Shown piece by piece: positions 1-10,658 of a stretch of 64,000 bases of DNA. Source of the DNA: an uncultured Chroococcidiopsis sp. Lineage in GTDB: Bacteria > Cyanobacteriota > Cyanobacteriia > Cyanobacteriales > Chroococcidiopsidaceae. The notes below the pieces were generated by a model. The model worked only from the letters and a program-made list of their open reading frames with translations. It ran no database searches and was not told the DNA's origin. The translations under genes and the position numbers were made by a program. The DNA lies in NCBI GenBank assembly GCA_964248365.1, contig CAXTYC010000001.1:256001-320000 (forward strand). Reading direction: 5' to 3'. The stretch's first letter is position 1, and each line of letters opens with the position of its first letter.

Positions 1-1598
1 ACAAATATACAATGATGGTGATGGTACAAGACCCCTTTGACTTAGTTGCAGAGGCTACCATCTATGCTAAATTTCCTGGGGTAGAAATTACTAAAGTACT
101 GGGAACAGAAAATGATATTACTCGGCTAATTGACTCTTCCTACCGAAAAGATTTTAGTCAACAAGCTGTTTTTCAATTACTATCTCGCGCACCAAAAGAC
201 TCTGCTGCAAGAGTTTTCACCCCTGCCCAAATTCTAGCAGGCTACTTGATATTTGCTGTGTTTTTATGGGGTCTGACAGTTGATTGGTGGCAGACTTTAG
301 CTACTTTAATTACAACGTTGAATGTTTTTTTTGCTGGGTCTGTGCTGTTTAAAATGGTTCTAAGTTTAATCGGTGCAGCAGACCGGACTCATCAAATTAC
401 CAACGCCGAAATTAGTTCTATAGATGAGCAGACATTGCCTACATATAGTGTTTTAGTTCCAGTTTACAACGAGCCGGAAGTGACTGCAAACTTAATTGAG
501 GCTCTGAGTAGACTTGATTACCCTCATGAAAAACTAGATGTATTACTTCTATTAGAAGAAAAAGATTTAGTAACTATTAAAGCAGCACAAGCGGCTAATC
601 CACCTCGTTACGTTCGATTTATATATATTCCAGATAGCCAACCTAAAACCAAGCCGAAAGCTTGTAATTATGGCTTAGCATTTGCCAGAGGAGAATATTT
701 AACTATCTACGATGCCGAGGATATTCCCGATCCAGATCAACTCAAAAAAGCTATTTTTGCTTTTAGACAAGGTTCTCCTAGCCTCGTTTGTGTGCAAGCA
801 GCTTTAAATTACTACAACCGTAATGAAAACTTTCTGACGAGGATGTTTACTTTAGAATACTCCTATTGGTTTGACTACCTTTTACCTGGGTTGGAAACTT
901 TGGCTCTGCCTATCCCTTTAGGAGGAACCAGCAATCATTTTCGCACTGACCGTTTAAGGGAATTAGGCGGATGGGACCCGTTTAATGTGACTGAAGATGC
1001 AGATTTAGGCATTCGAGCTAGCAAACGGGGTTACACAGTAGGAGTGATTAATTCAACTACCTATGAAGAAGCAAACTGTGAATTGAAAAATTGGATTCGC
1101 CAGCGTTCTAGGTGGATTAAAGGATATATGCAAACTTGGCTAGTCCACAATCGTCACCCTTGGAAATCCCTGCAAAAGCTGGGATTAAAAAGCTGGCTGG
1201 CTTATCAATTTTTGATTGGTGGTACTGTCGTCATTTTTCTAACTAGTCCGATTTTGTGGATACTGTTTGTTTATTGGATTGTTACCCGCGCCTACTGGTT
1301 AGAAAACTTGGTTCCTGGTTGGGTATTATATATTTCCTTGTTTAACCTAAGTATTAGCAATGCTTTAGGTATATATTTAAATATGATCGCGGTGTTTCGG
1401 CGGCGCTATTATCAACTTTTACCTTATGCGCTGCTAAATCCGTTATATTGGCAGTTGCACTCAGTTGCTGCTTACATGGCTTTGTGGCAACTTTTTTCAA
1501 AACCATTTTATTGGGAAAAGACTATTCATGGTATCAGTAAATTTGCCAAAAATTATTTACCATTTTCAGATAAAACTGAAACCAGTAAAACTGCTTAG
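1..1598 (+). CDS. Processive family 2 glycosyltransferase (cellulose-synthase-like), probably 5'-truncated by window edge
   Basis: Motifs VLVPVYNE, KPKACNY, YDAED, TEDADLG, QRSRW; several TM helices; frame open upstream of ATG at 12. Confidence 0.85.
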   Translation, partial: KYTMMVMVQDPFDLVAEATIYAKFPGVEITKVLGTENDITRLIDSSYRKDFSQQAVFQLLSRAPKDSAARVFTPAQILAGYLIFAVFLWGLTVDWWQTLATLITTLNVFFAGSVLFKMVLSLIGAADRTHQITNAEISSIDEQTLPTYSVLVPVYNEPEVTANLIEALSRLDYPHEKLDVLLLLEEKDLVTIKAAQAANPPRYVRFIYIPDSQPKTKPKACNYGLAFARGEYLTIYDAEDIPDPDQLKKAIFAFRQGSPSLVCVQAALNYYNRNENFLTRMFTLEYSYWFDYLLPGLETLALPIPLGGTSNHFRTDRLRELGGWDPFNVTEDADLGIRASKRGYTVGVINSTTYEEANCELKNWIRQRSRWIKGYMQTWLVHNRHPWKSLQKLGLKSWLAYQFLIGGTVVIFLTSPILWILFVYWIVTRAYWLENLVPGWVLYISLFNLSISNALGIYLNMIAVFRRRYYQLLPYALLNPLYWQLHSVAAYMALWQLFSKPFYWEKTIHGISKFAKNYLPFSDKTETSKTA

Positions 1599-1630
1599 AA
1601 AATATAATTATTGCTCTTTCTAAGCGAGTT

Positions 1631-3022
1631 ATGCCAACTTTAAAAAAATTATTTTCTTACCGTCACAAGATTACCTATTTAGTCAATAGGGGCGGGTTTA
1701 ATCAAGATATCAGCCCAATAACAGATAGTTTGACAAATCCGCCCGTAGCCACGACAGAAAACCTACGCCCCACGTCAGAAGAAAGAAGAATTACGAATTC
1801 TAAATTACGCTTATGGGTTATAAGTTTAGCCCTATTAGCATTAGCATCTGGCTGTGTACCTACCTCGCAATCCCAAAATTTAACGGCAAAAATAAAGTCA
1901 TATAAGCCTAATGTAGTAGCAGCTAGTTCTAGTCCTGTTGATACTGCTTTGCTGCAAAAGCTGGAAACTCGACTCTATCAACAGCTGCAAACATTGATTG
2001 CACAAAAGCAGGGAGCGCGTCAAGACGGGTATGTATACACTGTGGACTTGAGCCAAATCTTAATGTATGCAGCATTGAAAAAAGATCGCAGGCTTTATTC
2101 TCCCTTAAGGGATTTCGCTATCAAAAATTTAATTATAGACAAGCAATCAGATCCCTATACGCGGGGGTTTGTCCTCTGGCGCTATCAGCCTGGGAACCCT
2201 CCAGATGCATCAGGAACAACGGAAGCCTTGCGCTTGGCTGAAAGTCTGTGGTTGGGTAGCCAGGTATTTGGGGATGGTAGCGATCGCGATCGAGCTATAC
2301 TGCTGCTCAAGGGGTATGCTCGACACGCTCATACTGACCATCAAGTTTGGCTAATCCGCAACTACTTCAACCTGCAAACGAGGGCTTTCGCTACTAACTC
2401 ATTTTTAGTAGGTTACGATCCAGATTTGCTGCAAGATGTGGGTGAGGCGACTGGAGATGTGACACTACAAGCCGTAGCGCAAAAATCCTACTCGATAGTG
2501 CGACAGGCTGTTACCCCTTCAGGATTACTCTATGACATTGTTCAACCTGAAGTGCTGACACTTGTACCGGATCTCAAGTACCTAGTACTCTTTTCTCCCA
2601 ACGATGTGGTGAAGCTGGCTAATACCTGTACTGTGGCTGAACGAGCCACAAGGGGAGCGCCCCAAATCGGACAAAAAGTGATTCGCTTTGCAATGGAACG
2701 CCTACCTAAACTGGCTACCTACTATTACGGTCGTACTGGGGAATCAGTCCTACGGCAGCCTGCGGAAGTCGCAACTTATGCTTGTCTTGTGCGGCTTGCT
2801 ATCAAGTTGAAAGATCAAACAGCCCTCAATGCTTTTCTAGAACCGTTTATCACCCATGCACAAGCTGTTACACAAAATACAGAAGAGTTTAGCCTCTACA
2901 CAGTTATTGAGGCTCTATTAGCCCTTCAGTCGGTGTCAGAGCAATCAACTGCTGCACAAAACAAGGTAGAAAGTCTAACTCTCAATCGGGTGGGGTTGCA
3001 CTTGAACCGTTCTGCATACTAA
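1631..3022 (+). CDS. Putative lipoprotein, possibly glycoside-hydrolase-like; co-oriented with GT2
   Basis: Lipobox LALASGC after a hydrophobic stretch; function is inference. Confidence 0.55.
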   Translation: MPTLKKLFSYRHKITYLVNRGGFNQDISPITDSLTNPPVATTENLRPTSEERRITNSKLRLWVISLALLALASGCVPTSQSQNLTAKIKSYKPNVVAASSSPVDTALLQKLETRLYQQLQTLIAQKQGARQDGYVYTVDLSQILMYAALKKDRRLYSPLRDFAIKNLIIDKQSDPYTRGFVLWRYQPGNPPDASGTTEALRLAESLWLGSQVFGDGSDRDRAILLLKGYARHAHTDHQVWLIRNYFNLQTRAFATNSFLVGYDPDLLQDVGEATGDVTLQAVAQKSYSIVRQAVTPSGLLYDIVQPEVLTLVPDLKYLVLFSPNDVVKLANTCTVAERATRGAPQIGQKVIRFAMERLPKLATYYYGRTGESVLRQPAEVATYACLVRLAIKLKDQTALNAFLEPFITHAQAVTQNTEEFSLYTVIEALLALQSVSEQSTAAQNKVESLTLNRVGLHLNRSAY

Positions 3023-3262
3023 AACAGTATTTTGTACTGCTCGTAAATGCAGGAGATTACTATACTAATTTATATATCTATTAACATAACGTGCTTTGCA
3101 TCTACCTGATTATTCGCTACTCATCCACTCACTAATAGTGCCTATTCCTACAAATCTAGTCGGAATATATTCCGACTGCATCTAAAAAGTTGACACGTCA
3201 TGTGTCATGAGTGAGGAAATTGAAAACGGGCTGCCACTACTAAACGACGTTTGGTTGAAGCG

Positions 3263-4420
3263 ATGTTAGGTAAGTTACTAGAGGGACGTTACCAAGTTGT
3301 ACAAGTCCTAAGTTCAGGAGGATTTTGTGAAACCTATCTTGCCCAAGATACTCATACACCAGGTCATCCCATTTGCGTTGTTAAGCATCTCAAGCCTGCT
3401 AGCAACACCCCTAACTCGCTACAGACTCTGAGATGGTTATTTACTGGAGAAGCACAAGCGCTGAAAAAACTGGGCAACCATGACCAGATTCCCCAGCTGT
3501 TAGATCACTTTGAAGATAATCAAGAGTTCTACCTAGTGCAAGAGTTCGTCCAAGGGCATACTGTGAGTGTAGAAATGCAATCTGGTAGGCGCTGGAGTGA
3601 AAGCCAGGTGTTTAAACTTTTGCAAGAGGTTTTAGATATACTGCAATTTATTCACTCTCATGGGCTAATTCATCGAGACATTAAGCCAAATAATTTGCTC
3701 CGAAGAAAGCAGGATAATAAATTTGTCCTAATTGACTTTGGCTCAGTCAAGCAAGCTTGGTCACAAGTGATAACATTGCAAGGACAGAAAATTAATACCT
3801 TTGCCATTGGTTTACCAGCTACCATTACCATTGGCACTCCAGGTTATATGCCGACTGAGCAGGAGCGGGGTAAACCACGCCCTAATAGTGATATTTATGC
3901 TCTGGGGATAGTTTGTATTCAAGCGCTAACAGGTGTGCATCCTACCCAATTGGTAGAAGACCCAGATACGTGTGAGATCCTATGGCAACAATACTCTCAT
4001 GTGAGCGCCCATTTAGGTGAGGTGATCAACAAAATGGTGCGCTACAGCTTCAAAGACCGCTATCAGACTGCAACAGAAGTACTAGAAGCGCTGCAACCAT
4101 TAGCTGTTCTCTACCAACCAACACAGCAAGCAGAGGGGTTTGACATAGATCAAAGTGCTAGTGAGGATTTCAACTCTTTTTTTGATCAAGAAGACACAGT
4201 AACATTTGATTTATGCGATCGCGCAGAACCACTATCAAACAACACCAGCGATGATTTATCTGCTACCCCACCCAAGAAATCTATATCATTGCTTGACATA
4301 GGAATCGGTGTTACCGCTGCTATAGCTTTGATGATTGGTATTTACTTTTCTTTACTCTCCCCTGCTCCGATTGTGAAAATTGAAAAGTATCCTGTTTCTA
4401 TCCCACTCAAGAGCAACTGA
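3263..4420 (+). CDS. Hanks-type Ser/Thr protein kinase with C-terminal TM helix
   Basis: HRDIKPNN, DFG, GTPGY motifs; ATG at 3263 preferred over TTG at 3251. Confidence 0.9.
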   Translation: MLGKLLEGRYQVVQVLSSGGFCETYLAQDTHTPGHPICVVKHLKPASNTPNSLQTLRWLFTGEAQALKKLGNHDQIPQLLDHFEDNQEFYLVQEFVQGHTVSVEMQSGRRWSESQVFKLLQEVLDILQFIHSHGLIHRDIKPNNLLRRKQDNKFVLIDFGSVKQAWSQVITLQGQKINTFAIGLPATITIGTPGYMPTEQERGKPRPNSDIYALGIVCIQALTGVHPTQLVEDPDTCEILWQQYSHVSAHLGEVINKMVRYSFKDRYQTATEVLEALQPLAVLYQPTQQAEGFDIDQSASEDFNSFFDQEDTVTFDLCDRAEPLSNNTSDDLSATPPKKSISLLDIGIGVTAAIALMIGIYFSLLSPAPIVKIEKYPVSIPLKSN

Positions 4421-4489
4421 TTATAAATTTGAAATTCGCGCCTTCGGAGGGGAGGGGGAGAGGGAAGATCAAAAATTACGAATTCCGAA

Positions 4490-4705
4490 TTATTTAAATG
4501 GTTCTAATTGATCTACACGCAACCACATATTTGGGGTAGGCACTTGACCAAACACGACGAGGGCGTAGTCATCTCTGATATCTAAAACCTCCCCTTTGGT
4601 TTCAAATAAGTAAGATGGGAAGCGAGAGTCACTGGCTTTTGCTTCTAGACTATTTTCCAACTTTTCGCGGACAGCGCGAACCATATCACCTTTTTTGATT
4701 GCCAT
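4490..4705 (-). CDS. ndhO: NDH-1 subunit O
   Basis: [26 protein letters not shown]...VPTPNMWLR matches NdhO. Confidence 0.9.
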   Translation of the reverse strand: MAIKKGDMVRAVREKLENSLEAKASDSRFPSYLFETKGEVLDIRDDYALVVFGQVPTPNMWLRVDQLEPFK

Positions 4706-4786
4706 GATTTACTCTATTAAGTCTCTATTGCTACTTTCGCATTGTAAAACTTTAGCGAGTAGAAAGTAGAGTAATTGTTAATTGGT

Positions 4787-4872
4787 GAAAGGGAAAAGGG
4801 AAAAGGGAAAAGGGGAAAGGGTAAAGGGTGAAGGGTAAAGGTTAAAGGGTAAAGGTTAAAGGTTAAAGGTAA
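4787..4872 (+). repeat. STRR heptamer array (AAGGG[A/T]A / AAGGTTA)n
   Basis: Visible tandem 7-mers; related arrays at 51861-51912 and 56861-56906. Confidence 0.85.
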
Positions 4873-4959
4873 TTCGTAATTTCCCCCCCAGCTCCCCTTT
4901 GCTTTCCCAACTTCCCCAACTCTCTTCTGGTTCCACCAGTCACTGGTTCCACTAATCAC

Positions 4960-5829
4960 TTATTTTTGGCATTGGGGGCAAAAGTGAGCCGATCGCCCAG
5001 CTAATCTAAGGCGCTCAATTGGTGTTTCACAGATGCGACAAGGAACGCCAGCCCGATTATAAACCCACGCCACACCGCCATAATTGCCGTTAACACCCTG
5101 CACATTTAGGAAGTTACTAAAAGTTGTGCCACCAGCTGCAATGCTTGCCTCTAAAACTTCTATAATGGCAGTTCGTAAGCGGGAAATTTGCCCAGGCGTT
5201 AAGTCTGTACAGAGTGTTTCTGGTCGCACTTGACTCTTAAACAGCGCTTCATCAGCATAAATATTGCCTATTCCCGCCACGACTGACTGGTCGAGTAGGG
5301 CGTTTTTAATTGGACTACGACGATTTTGCAGTTTTCTCACCAAATACTCGTCGGAAAAATCCTTTGAAAACGGGTCTAGTCCGAGTCTACCTAATCCGGT
5401 AATAACTGATTCGATTGTTTCTGTTGGCGGAACCCACCACATCTGACCAAAGGTGCGCTGATCTACAAAGCGTAACTCTTGTTCCTCAAAGAACAATCTT
5501 ACTCGCGTATGTTTGTGTAATGGCTGCTCTCGATGTAGCCACAACAGTTGTCCTGTCATCCGTAGATGTACACCTAGCCAGCCTGCTGGCTGCAAAGGGC
5601 AGACCGCTGCCATTGGCTTTTCGAGCGTTCGCAGTTCTGCTAGTAGATATTTGCCGCGACGATGCCACTGGGCGATCGCACAGCCCTTTAAGCCACTAAG
5701 AAATTCTTCCACAGAAAAGGGGTAGGCAATGGTGCGATTTAGCAACACATCCCCACCCGTAATTTCTCCATTCAGGGTTAATTGATTTAAACCCTGCCTC
5801 ACTGTTTCAACTTCAGGTAATTCAGGCAC
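4960..5829 (-). CDS. mutM: Formamidopyrimidine-DNA glycosylase
   Basis: MPELPEVET, HLRMTG, GIGNIYADE, C-terminal zinc finger. Confidence 0.97.
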   Translation of the reverse strand: MPELPEVETVRQGLNQLTLNGEITGGDVLLNRTIAYPFSVEEFLSGLKGCAIAQWHRRGKYLLAELRTLEKPMAAVCPLQPAGWLGVHLRMTGQLLWLHREQPLHKHTRVRLFFEEQELRFVDQRTFGQMWWVPPTETIESVITGLGRLGLDPFSKDFSDEYLVRKLQNRRSPIKNALLDQSVVAGIGNIYADEALFKSQVRPETLCTDLTPGQISRLRTAIIEVLEASIAAGGTTFSNFLNVQGVNGNYGGVAWVYNRAGVPCRICETPIERLRLAGRSAHFCPQCQK

Positions 5830-5832
5830 AGC

Positions 5833-6207
5833 TTAACGTGAATCAGTTCCCTGATTGCCACCACCTTCTACAATTGGGCTATCACCCGCCGCTTCTTGTT
5901 GGGCGGCATCCTTGGTGTCGGTTAATACTCCTGACCCCGTCCGGCGAAGGCGCTCGTCAGTGGGAGTTGGTTTGCCCCCAGCATCGGAAAGCACAGCCTT
6001 TTTCTCCTTCTGCGTTGGTTTTTCCACTTCTACCAGTTCATACTGGGCAAAGTTATTGGTGTTAACACCAGCGTAGTTCAGCTTTTCAAAGCGGACAATC
6101 ACTGGGTAACGAATGCCGCTTTTGTCAACAGAAGCAACGATTCCTACATCTTGAAACCAGTAAGATTCTTTCCTGAGAATCCGCACTTTGGAACCACGTT
6201 CAACCAT
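5833..6207 (-). CDS. psaE: Photosystem I subunit IV with long C-terminal extension
   Basis: [14 protein letters not shown]...[19 protein letters not shown]; psaE-mutM synteny. Confidence 0.93.
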   Translation of the reverse strand: MVERGSKVRILRKESYWFQDVGIVASVDKSGIRYPVIVRFEKLNYAGVNTNNFAQYELVEVEKPTQKEKKAVLSDAGGKPTPTDERLRRTGSGVLTDTKDAAQQEAAGDSPIVEGGGNQGTDSR

Positions 6208-6455
6208 GTGTATCTTCCCTTTTAGTTATTAATTGCCAGCTAATCAGGCTAATAGCTTACACTCTACAACCTGATGGCAATCTAACTGCAAAGTGTTAAG
6301 TTATTTGTCAGCATTTTTAGGGGCGAGGGGCGCTCGTGTGAGTTGCTTAAGTATATAAATATTATCTCCCCCTGCGATAAGATTGCTCCCCCTGCTCTCT
6401 TCTAGCCTAAGCGCCTCTGGTTCCTCTAGCCTAAGCGCCCCTAGTCCCTTTGCCA

Positions 6456-7081
6456 CTAGCCCCTAATTTCGCTCCAGCGTACCTGGACAAAATGGGCTGG
6501 TCTTCCCCAGATGTCTTGCCTAAATGAAATGTCTACAATTTCTAAGTTGAAGGGAATTGCAGTTGTAATGTAGCGCCCAGCCAGCATACCTAATTCTGGG
6601 GCAAGGTTGGCTGCTGCTGATGCCGCCACGCCCAAACCTAAGATTTGCCCAAATTCTCGTGGTAAGACTAGATGAGCTGTCAATGCTAGTCCAAATGTCA
6701 ATAGCATCCCCACTGATAAGTTTGTACCGCAACGGGGATGTACAGCCAAATTCCATTCACCACTGGTAAGCCGCGAATGGGCGATCGCAACTAAGGTGCA
6801 GTTCGGTTTTATTCACCTGACCATAAAGGTAAAACCCTTGTTCAGTAGATAGACCGCCTAATAGTCCATTGTCAACCATTCCGCCCACAGAGCTTAAAAC
6901 CCAAACTGTGGTGTGTTCTTTGACCATGCACCTGCCGAATCATCAAAATTTCCTTCAGTTTGGGGATGAAGGGCAGCTGCCTAATTAAATCAGCATCTTG
7001 TGTAAGTTGAGGTGCGGTGAAATCAAAATTAAACAACTCAAACAAAGACTCAAAAGTGTTTGCCGTAGCAGAATTATTCAT
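6456..7081 (-). pseudogene. Frameshifted conserved cyanobacterial gene (DUF6391-like)
   Basis: Three segments (..RQVHG / EHTTVWVLS..GGLSTEQGFYLYG / AIAHSRLTSGEWNLAVHPRCGTN) joined by two frameshifts near 6920 and 6793. Confidence 0.75.
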
Positions 7082-7213
7082 CGCAGTACTGTTAAAAGCA
7101 GCCGCCCAGGTAAGAAATATTTTTCTTTACTTTAGCGTTTACTGCTTTCGAGTGTTACCAATGTGTAAAGCTTGCGCCACTACCTAGAGATGCAATTGCG
7201 CTTTTAGGACAAT

Positions 7214-7489
7214 CTAGGAAATTGTTTGATCAGTGCTAATGGGTAGTGGGCAGCAGTTGACATCATTCAAGCAAACTTTGCCCCATTGTAAAGCCCACCG
7301 CACCAACGATACTCTGTTTTCAGTTGCTGTCTTGGTCAGAATATTACTAATGTGGTTATCGACGGTGCGCTTGCTAATTTCCAATTTTTCTGCTATGTCC
7401 TGATTAGTTAAGCCAGCAGCCACTAGATCAATAATTTGTAGTTCTCGTTCTGACAAAGAAACAGGGGTTTGAGACTCGCCACCAGCCAT
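7214..7489 (-). CDS. pedR: Small LuxR-family redox regulator
   Basis: LSERELQII..ISKRTVDNHISNIL..WGKVCL..NCC. Confidence 0.85.
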   Translation of the reverse strand: MAGGESQTPVSLSERELQIIDLVAAGLTNQDIAEKLEISKRTVDNHISNILTKTATENRVSLVRWALQWGKVCLNDVNCCPLPISTDQTIS

Positions 7490-7808
7490 GAGGTATTTTT
7501 TCCTTAGTATATCTACTTACTCTCCTTTTCCAATTCTAGAAGATTCTTTCCCTGGTTAACCTTGAACCTTTAAGAAGTCAAATTGCCATTTTTACTTGTC
7601 CAAGCTAACCTGAAGCAATTTTTCTTTCAAAAGGTTGATGCAGAGCCTGTATATATTTTTTCTTACATTTATTTTTTGAAGATAATAATAATTATTTAAT
7701 CGCAATGTTTGAAGGTTTAGGGTAAGTTGTAAAGCTATTAGCTATTAACAGGTGAAAAAACTAAACTCTTTTACACCTGCGACCATCTACTCTTAACAAG
7801 GAAATGCT

Positions 7809-8789
7809 GTGATGAGCAATCCTCGTGTACTTTGTCTGGGTGAAATTTTGTTCGATCGCTTAGCCGATCAAGTAGGGCTGGCGCGCGAACAAGTCAAATC
7901 TTGGACACCCTATCCAGGGGGCGCACCCGCTAATGTTGCCTGCGCCTGCGTTAAGCTTGGCACAAAGTCTGGTTTTATCGGCTGTCTGGGAGAAGATGAA
8001 GCGGGGGAGGCGCTTTTTCAGCTTTTGCAAACAGAAGGCGTTGATCTAACTGGTGTCCAACGTCATCCTACCGCCCCAACCAGGCAAGTTGACGTTGTTC
8101 GCACCATCGAGGGCGATCGCATCTTTGCCGGATTTACTGGTTATGACACAGATGAATTTGCCGATACACGGCTACAAGCAACTCTGCTACCAGTGCAGTT
8201 ATTTGGCTGGGCAGATTTTCTCGTTTTAGGAACACTCGAACTTGCCTATCCTGATAGTAATGCCGCTGTTCACCGCGCCCTACAACTAGCAGATCAGTAC
8301 GATGTCAAGATTCTACTAGATGTAAACTGGCGACCTGTATTTTGGAGTGATCCCGACAGTGCCATTTCGACTATTCAAGAAATATTGAGAATGGTTGATT
8401 TTCTCAAACTCTCTAAAGAAGAAGCTCAGTTGCTATTTAATACCACCGATCCTGGGGCAATTACTTACCGACTCGATACAGTAGAAGGTGTACTGGTAAC
8501 AGATGGGGAAAATGGCTGCGCTTATTGCCTGTCGGAAAACGAAGGCAGAGTGCCTAGTTTTAGAGTACCAGTTGTAGATACAACTGGGGCGGGAGATAGC
8601 TTCGTGGCTGGGTTCGTTCATCAGCTATGTCAACTTGGTATTCACAGCCTTGCTGATGCCCAAAATGCCAAAAAAGTTGTAACTTATGCGAACGCAGTGG
8701 GAGCATTGACTACATTGCAACCAGGAGCGATCGCAGCTCAACCCACAGCATTCCTTGTTGAAGCTTTTCTAAAGGAAAACGATCAATAA
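7809..8789 (+). CDS. PfkB-family carbohydrate kinase
   Basis: GGAPANVA and DTTGAGDSF signatures. Confidence 0.92.
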   Translation: MMSNPRVLCLGEILFDRLADQVGLAREQVKSWTPYPGGAPANVACACVKLGTKSGFIGCLGEDEAGEALFQLLQTEGVDLTGVQRHPTAPTRQVDVVRTIEGDRIFAGFTGYDTDEFADTRLQATLLPVQLFGWADFLVLGTLELAYPDSNAAVHRALQLADQYDVKILLDVNWRPVFWSDPDSAISTIQEILRMVDFLKLSKEEAQLLFNTTDPGAITYRLDTVEGVLVTDGENGCAYCLSENEGRVPSFRVPVVDTTGAGDSFVAGFVHQLCQLGIHSLADAQNAKKVVTYANAVGALTTLQPGAIAAQPTAFLVEAFLKENDQ

Positions 8790-9025
8790 TTCGCGCATTC
8801 GTAATTCGTAATTCGGAAGGCTAGAGGCAAGAGTCCTGAGGCGCTCGTGCGAGAGGATTTTGGATTGAAAGAACTCCCCTGAAAGCCCCAGAAATCACCA
8901 GAAAGCCCCCTAGCCCCAGCGCCCCTTGTTTTCATCCCTAGCCTCTGGTTCCTCTGGTTCCTCTTGCCTGGGGCAACTTGCCCCAGCGCCCCTAGCTATA
9001 GCGCCCCTACCCAGAGCCACTAGAG
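8790..9025. repeat. Mixed STRR tract (ATTCGTA, GCCCCTA/CCTCTGG types)
   Basis: Degenerate tandem 7-10-mers; similar tracts at 6385-6460 and 27118-27282. Confidence 0.7.
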
Positions 9026-9489
9026 TTATTCGGGATCTACGCCATTATTTCCCCTCTAGCAGTTCGGATATCCGGTAACTGCTTTGTGACTAGAAGTGTC
9101 ATTATATTACAAGAAGGTAACAACACCGCCTAATGACAATAGAAGTGAATAATTAATCGGGCTTTTAGGCTCAAATCATCCCCCCGACAGACTTTACGAT
9201 TTCTTTGATTAGAATATAATTAAGAAATAAACTCATACTGACTTCATTTTGATCCAGACGACAATATACAGCCTTGCTTTTGAATCTAACTTTGAACTAA
9301 GGCTGGTTCGACGAAAAAGTAATTAATTTGGGCGGTAGGGGAAACATTGCCAATCGATCAACGTCTCTACAACTTCGGTCAGATGTAGTTTCCCCCTTTA
9401 TTCAGTTAATCTCCTGTTAAAGCCAGATCATAATTCCACAGCCGCCCTTTGTAAAGCATTCATTTGTTTACGGAGTAAACGACGCACCA

Positions 9490-10473
9490 ATGCCCACTGC
9501 TAACATCACTACTGACACCACCAATACCAAATTCACGGCTGATATGGTGCGCACTTATTTGCGCGAGATTGGTCGTGTGCCACTGCTAACTCGTGAACAA
9601 GAGATTGTCTATGGAAAGCAGGTGCAACAAATGATGTCGCTGCTGGAAGCCAAAGAAGCTCTGGCTAAGAAGCTGCGCCACGAACCGACTTTGAGTGAGT
9701 GGGCTGCCTCTGTCAAGATGTCAGAAAGCGATTTAGAGCTAACTGTGCATCGGGGGCAGCGAGCTAAGCAAAAGATGATCGAGGCGAATTTGCGTTTAGT
9801 CGTGGCTATTGCCAAGAAGTACCAGAAGCGCAATATGGAATTTTTGGATTTGATCCAAGAAGGTACGATGGGGCTAGAACGCGGAGTAGAGAAATTTGAT
9901 CCCACCAGGGGCTATAAGTTCTCGACTTACGCTTATTGGTGGATTCGGCAAGCGATTACAAGAGCGATCGCCCAGCAAGCCCGTACTATCCGGCTGCCGA
10001 TTCACATCACAGAAAAGCTGAACAAAATCAAGAAAGTGCAGCGAGAACTAGCTCAATCGCTAGGTCGTAGCCCCACATCAGGCGAGATCGCCCAAGCGTT
10101 GGAACTAGAACCATCCCAGATCCGCGAGTATCTCAATCTTGCCCGTCAACCAGTATCTCTGGATGTGCGTGTCGGTGATAACCAAGATACCGAATTGCAA
10201 GATCTACTTGAAGACGAAGGTCTATCCCCAGAGAACTACATGACGCAGGAATCTTTGCGTAATGACTTAGATACTCTGCTAGCTGAACTGACACCCCAAC
10301 AGCGAGAAGTCCTAAATCTGCGCTTTGGTTTAGAGGATGGTAACGAACTATCCCTGGCTAAAGTAGGCGAAAGACTCAACCTCAGCCGTGAACGGGTACG
10401 CCAATTAGAGCATCAAGCTCTAGCACACCTCCGTCGTCGGCGGGCGAATGTGCAGGAGTATATCGCTAGCTAA
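9490..10473 (+). CDS. Group 2 RNA polymerase sigma factor (SigB-like)
   Basis: Regions 1.2 ([11 protein letters not shown]), 2 ([18 protein letters not shown]), 4 (SRERVRQLE); no region 1.1. Confidence 0.92.
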   Translation: MPTANITTDTTNTKFTADMVRTYLREIGRVPLLTREQEIVYGKQVQQMMSLLEAKEALAKKLRHEPTLSEWAASVKMSESDLELTVHRGQRAKQKMIEANLRLVVAIAKKYQKRNMEFLDLIQEGTMGLERGVEKFDPTRGYKFSTYAYWWIRQAITRAIAQQARTIRLPIHITEKLNKIKKVQRELAQSLGRSPTSGEIAQALELEPSQIREYLNLARQPVSLDVRVGDNQDTELQDLLEDEGLSPENYMTQESLRNDLDTLLAELTPQQREVLNLRFGLEDGNELSLAKVGERLNLSRERVRQLEHQALAHLRRRRANVQEYIAS

Positions 10474-10658
10474 TCTTTGTCATGTAGGCATTGCCCACCT
10501 TACGAGCCAAACTAGCCCAAAAATTCCCACCTTATAAATAATTAGTCAATAACACTGAAGCGCTTCGTCTGCCTTGTAATTTACAATTGTTTATAGGTGG
10601 TGAGGAATTTCTAATACATAACCTATTGGTGGAGTTTGAATACTCCCGCATTCATCCA

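Noticed and set aside
4717..4959. 80-aa ORF (LPLTFNLYPLTFTLHPLPF...)
   Set aside because: Translation of an STRR heptamer array.
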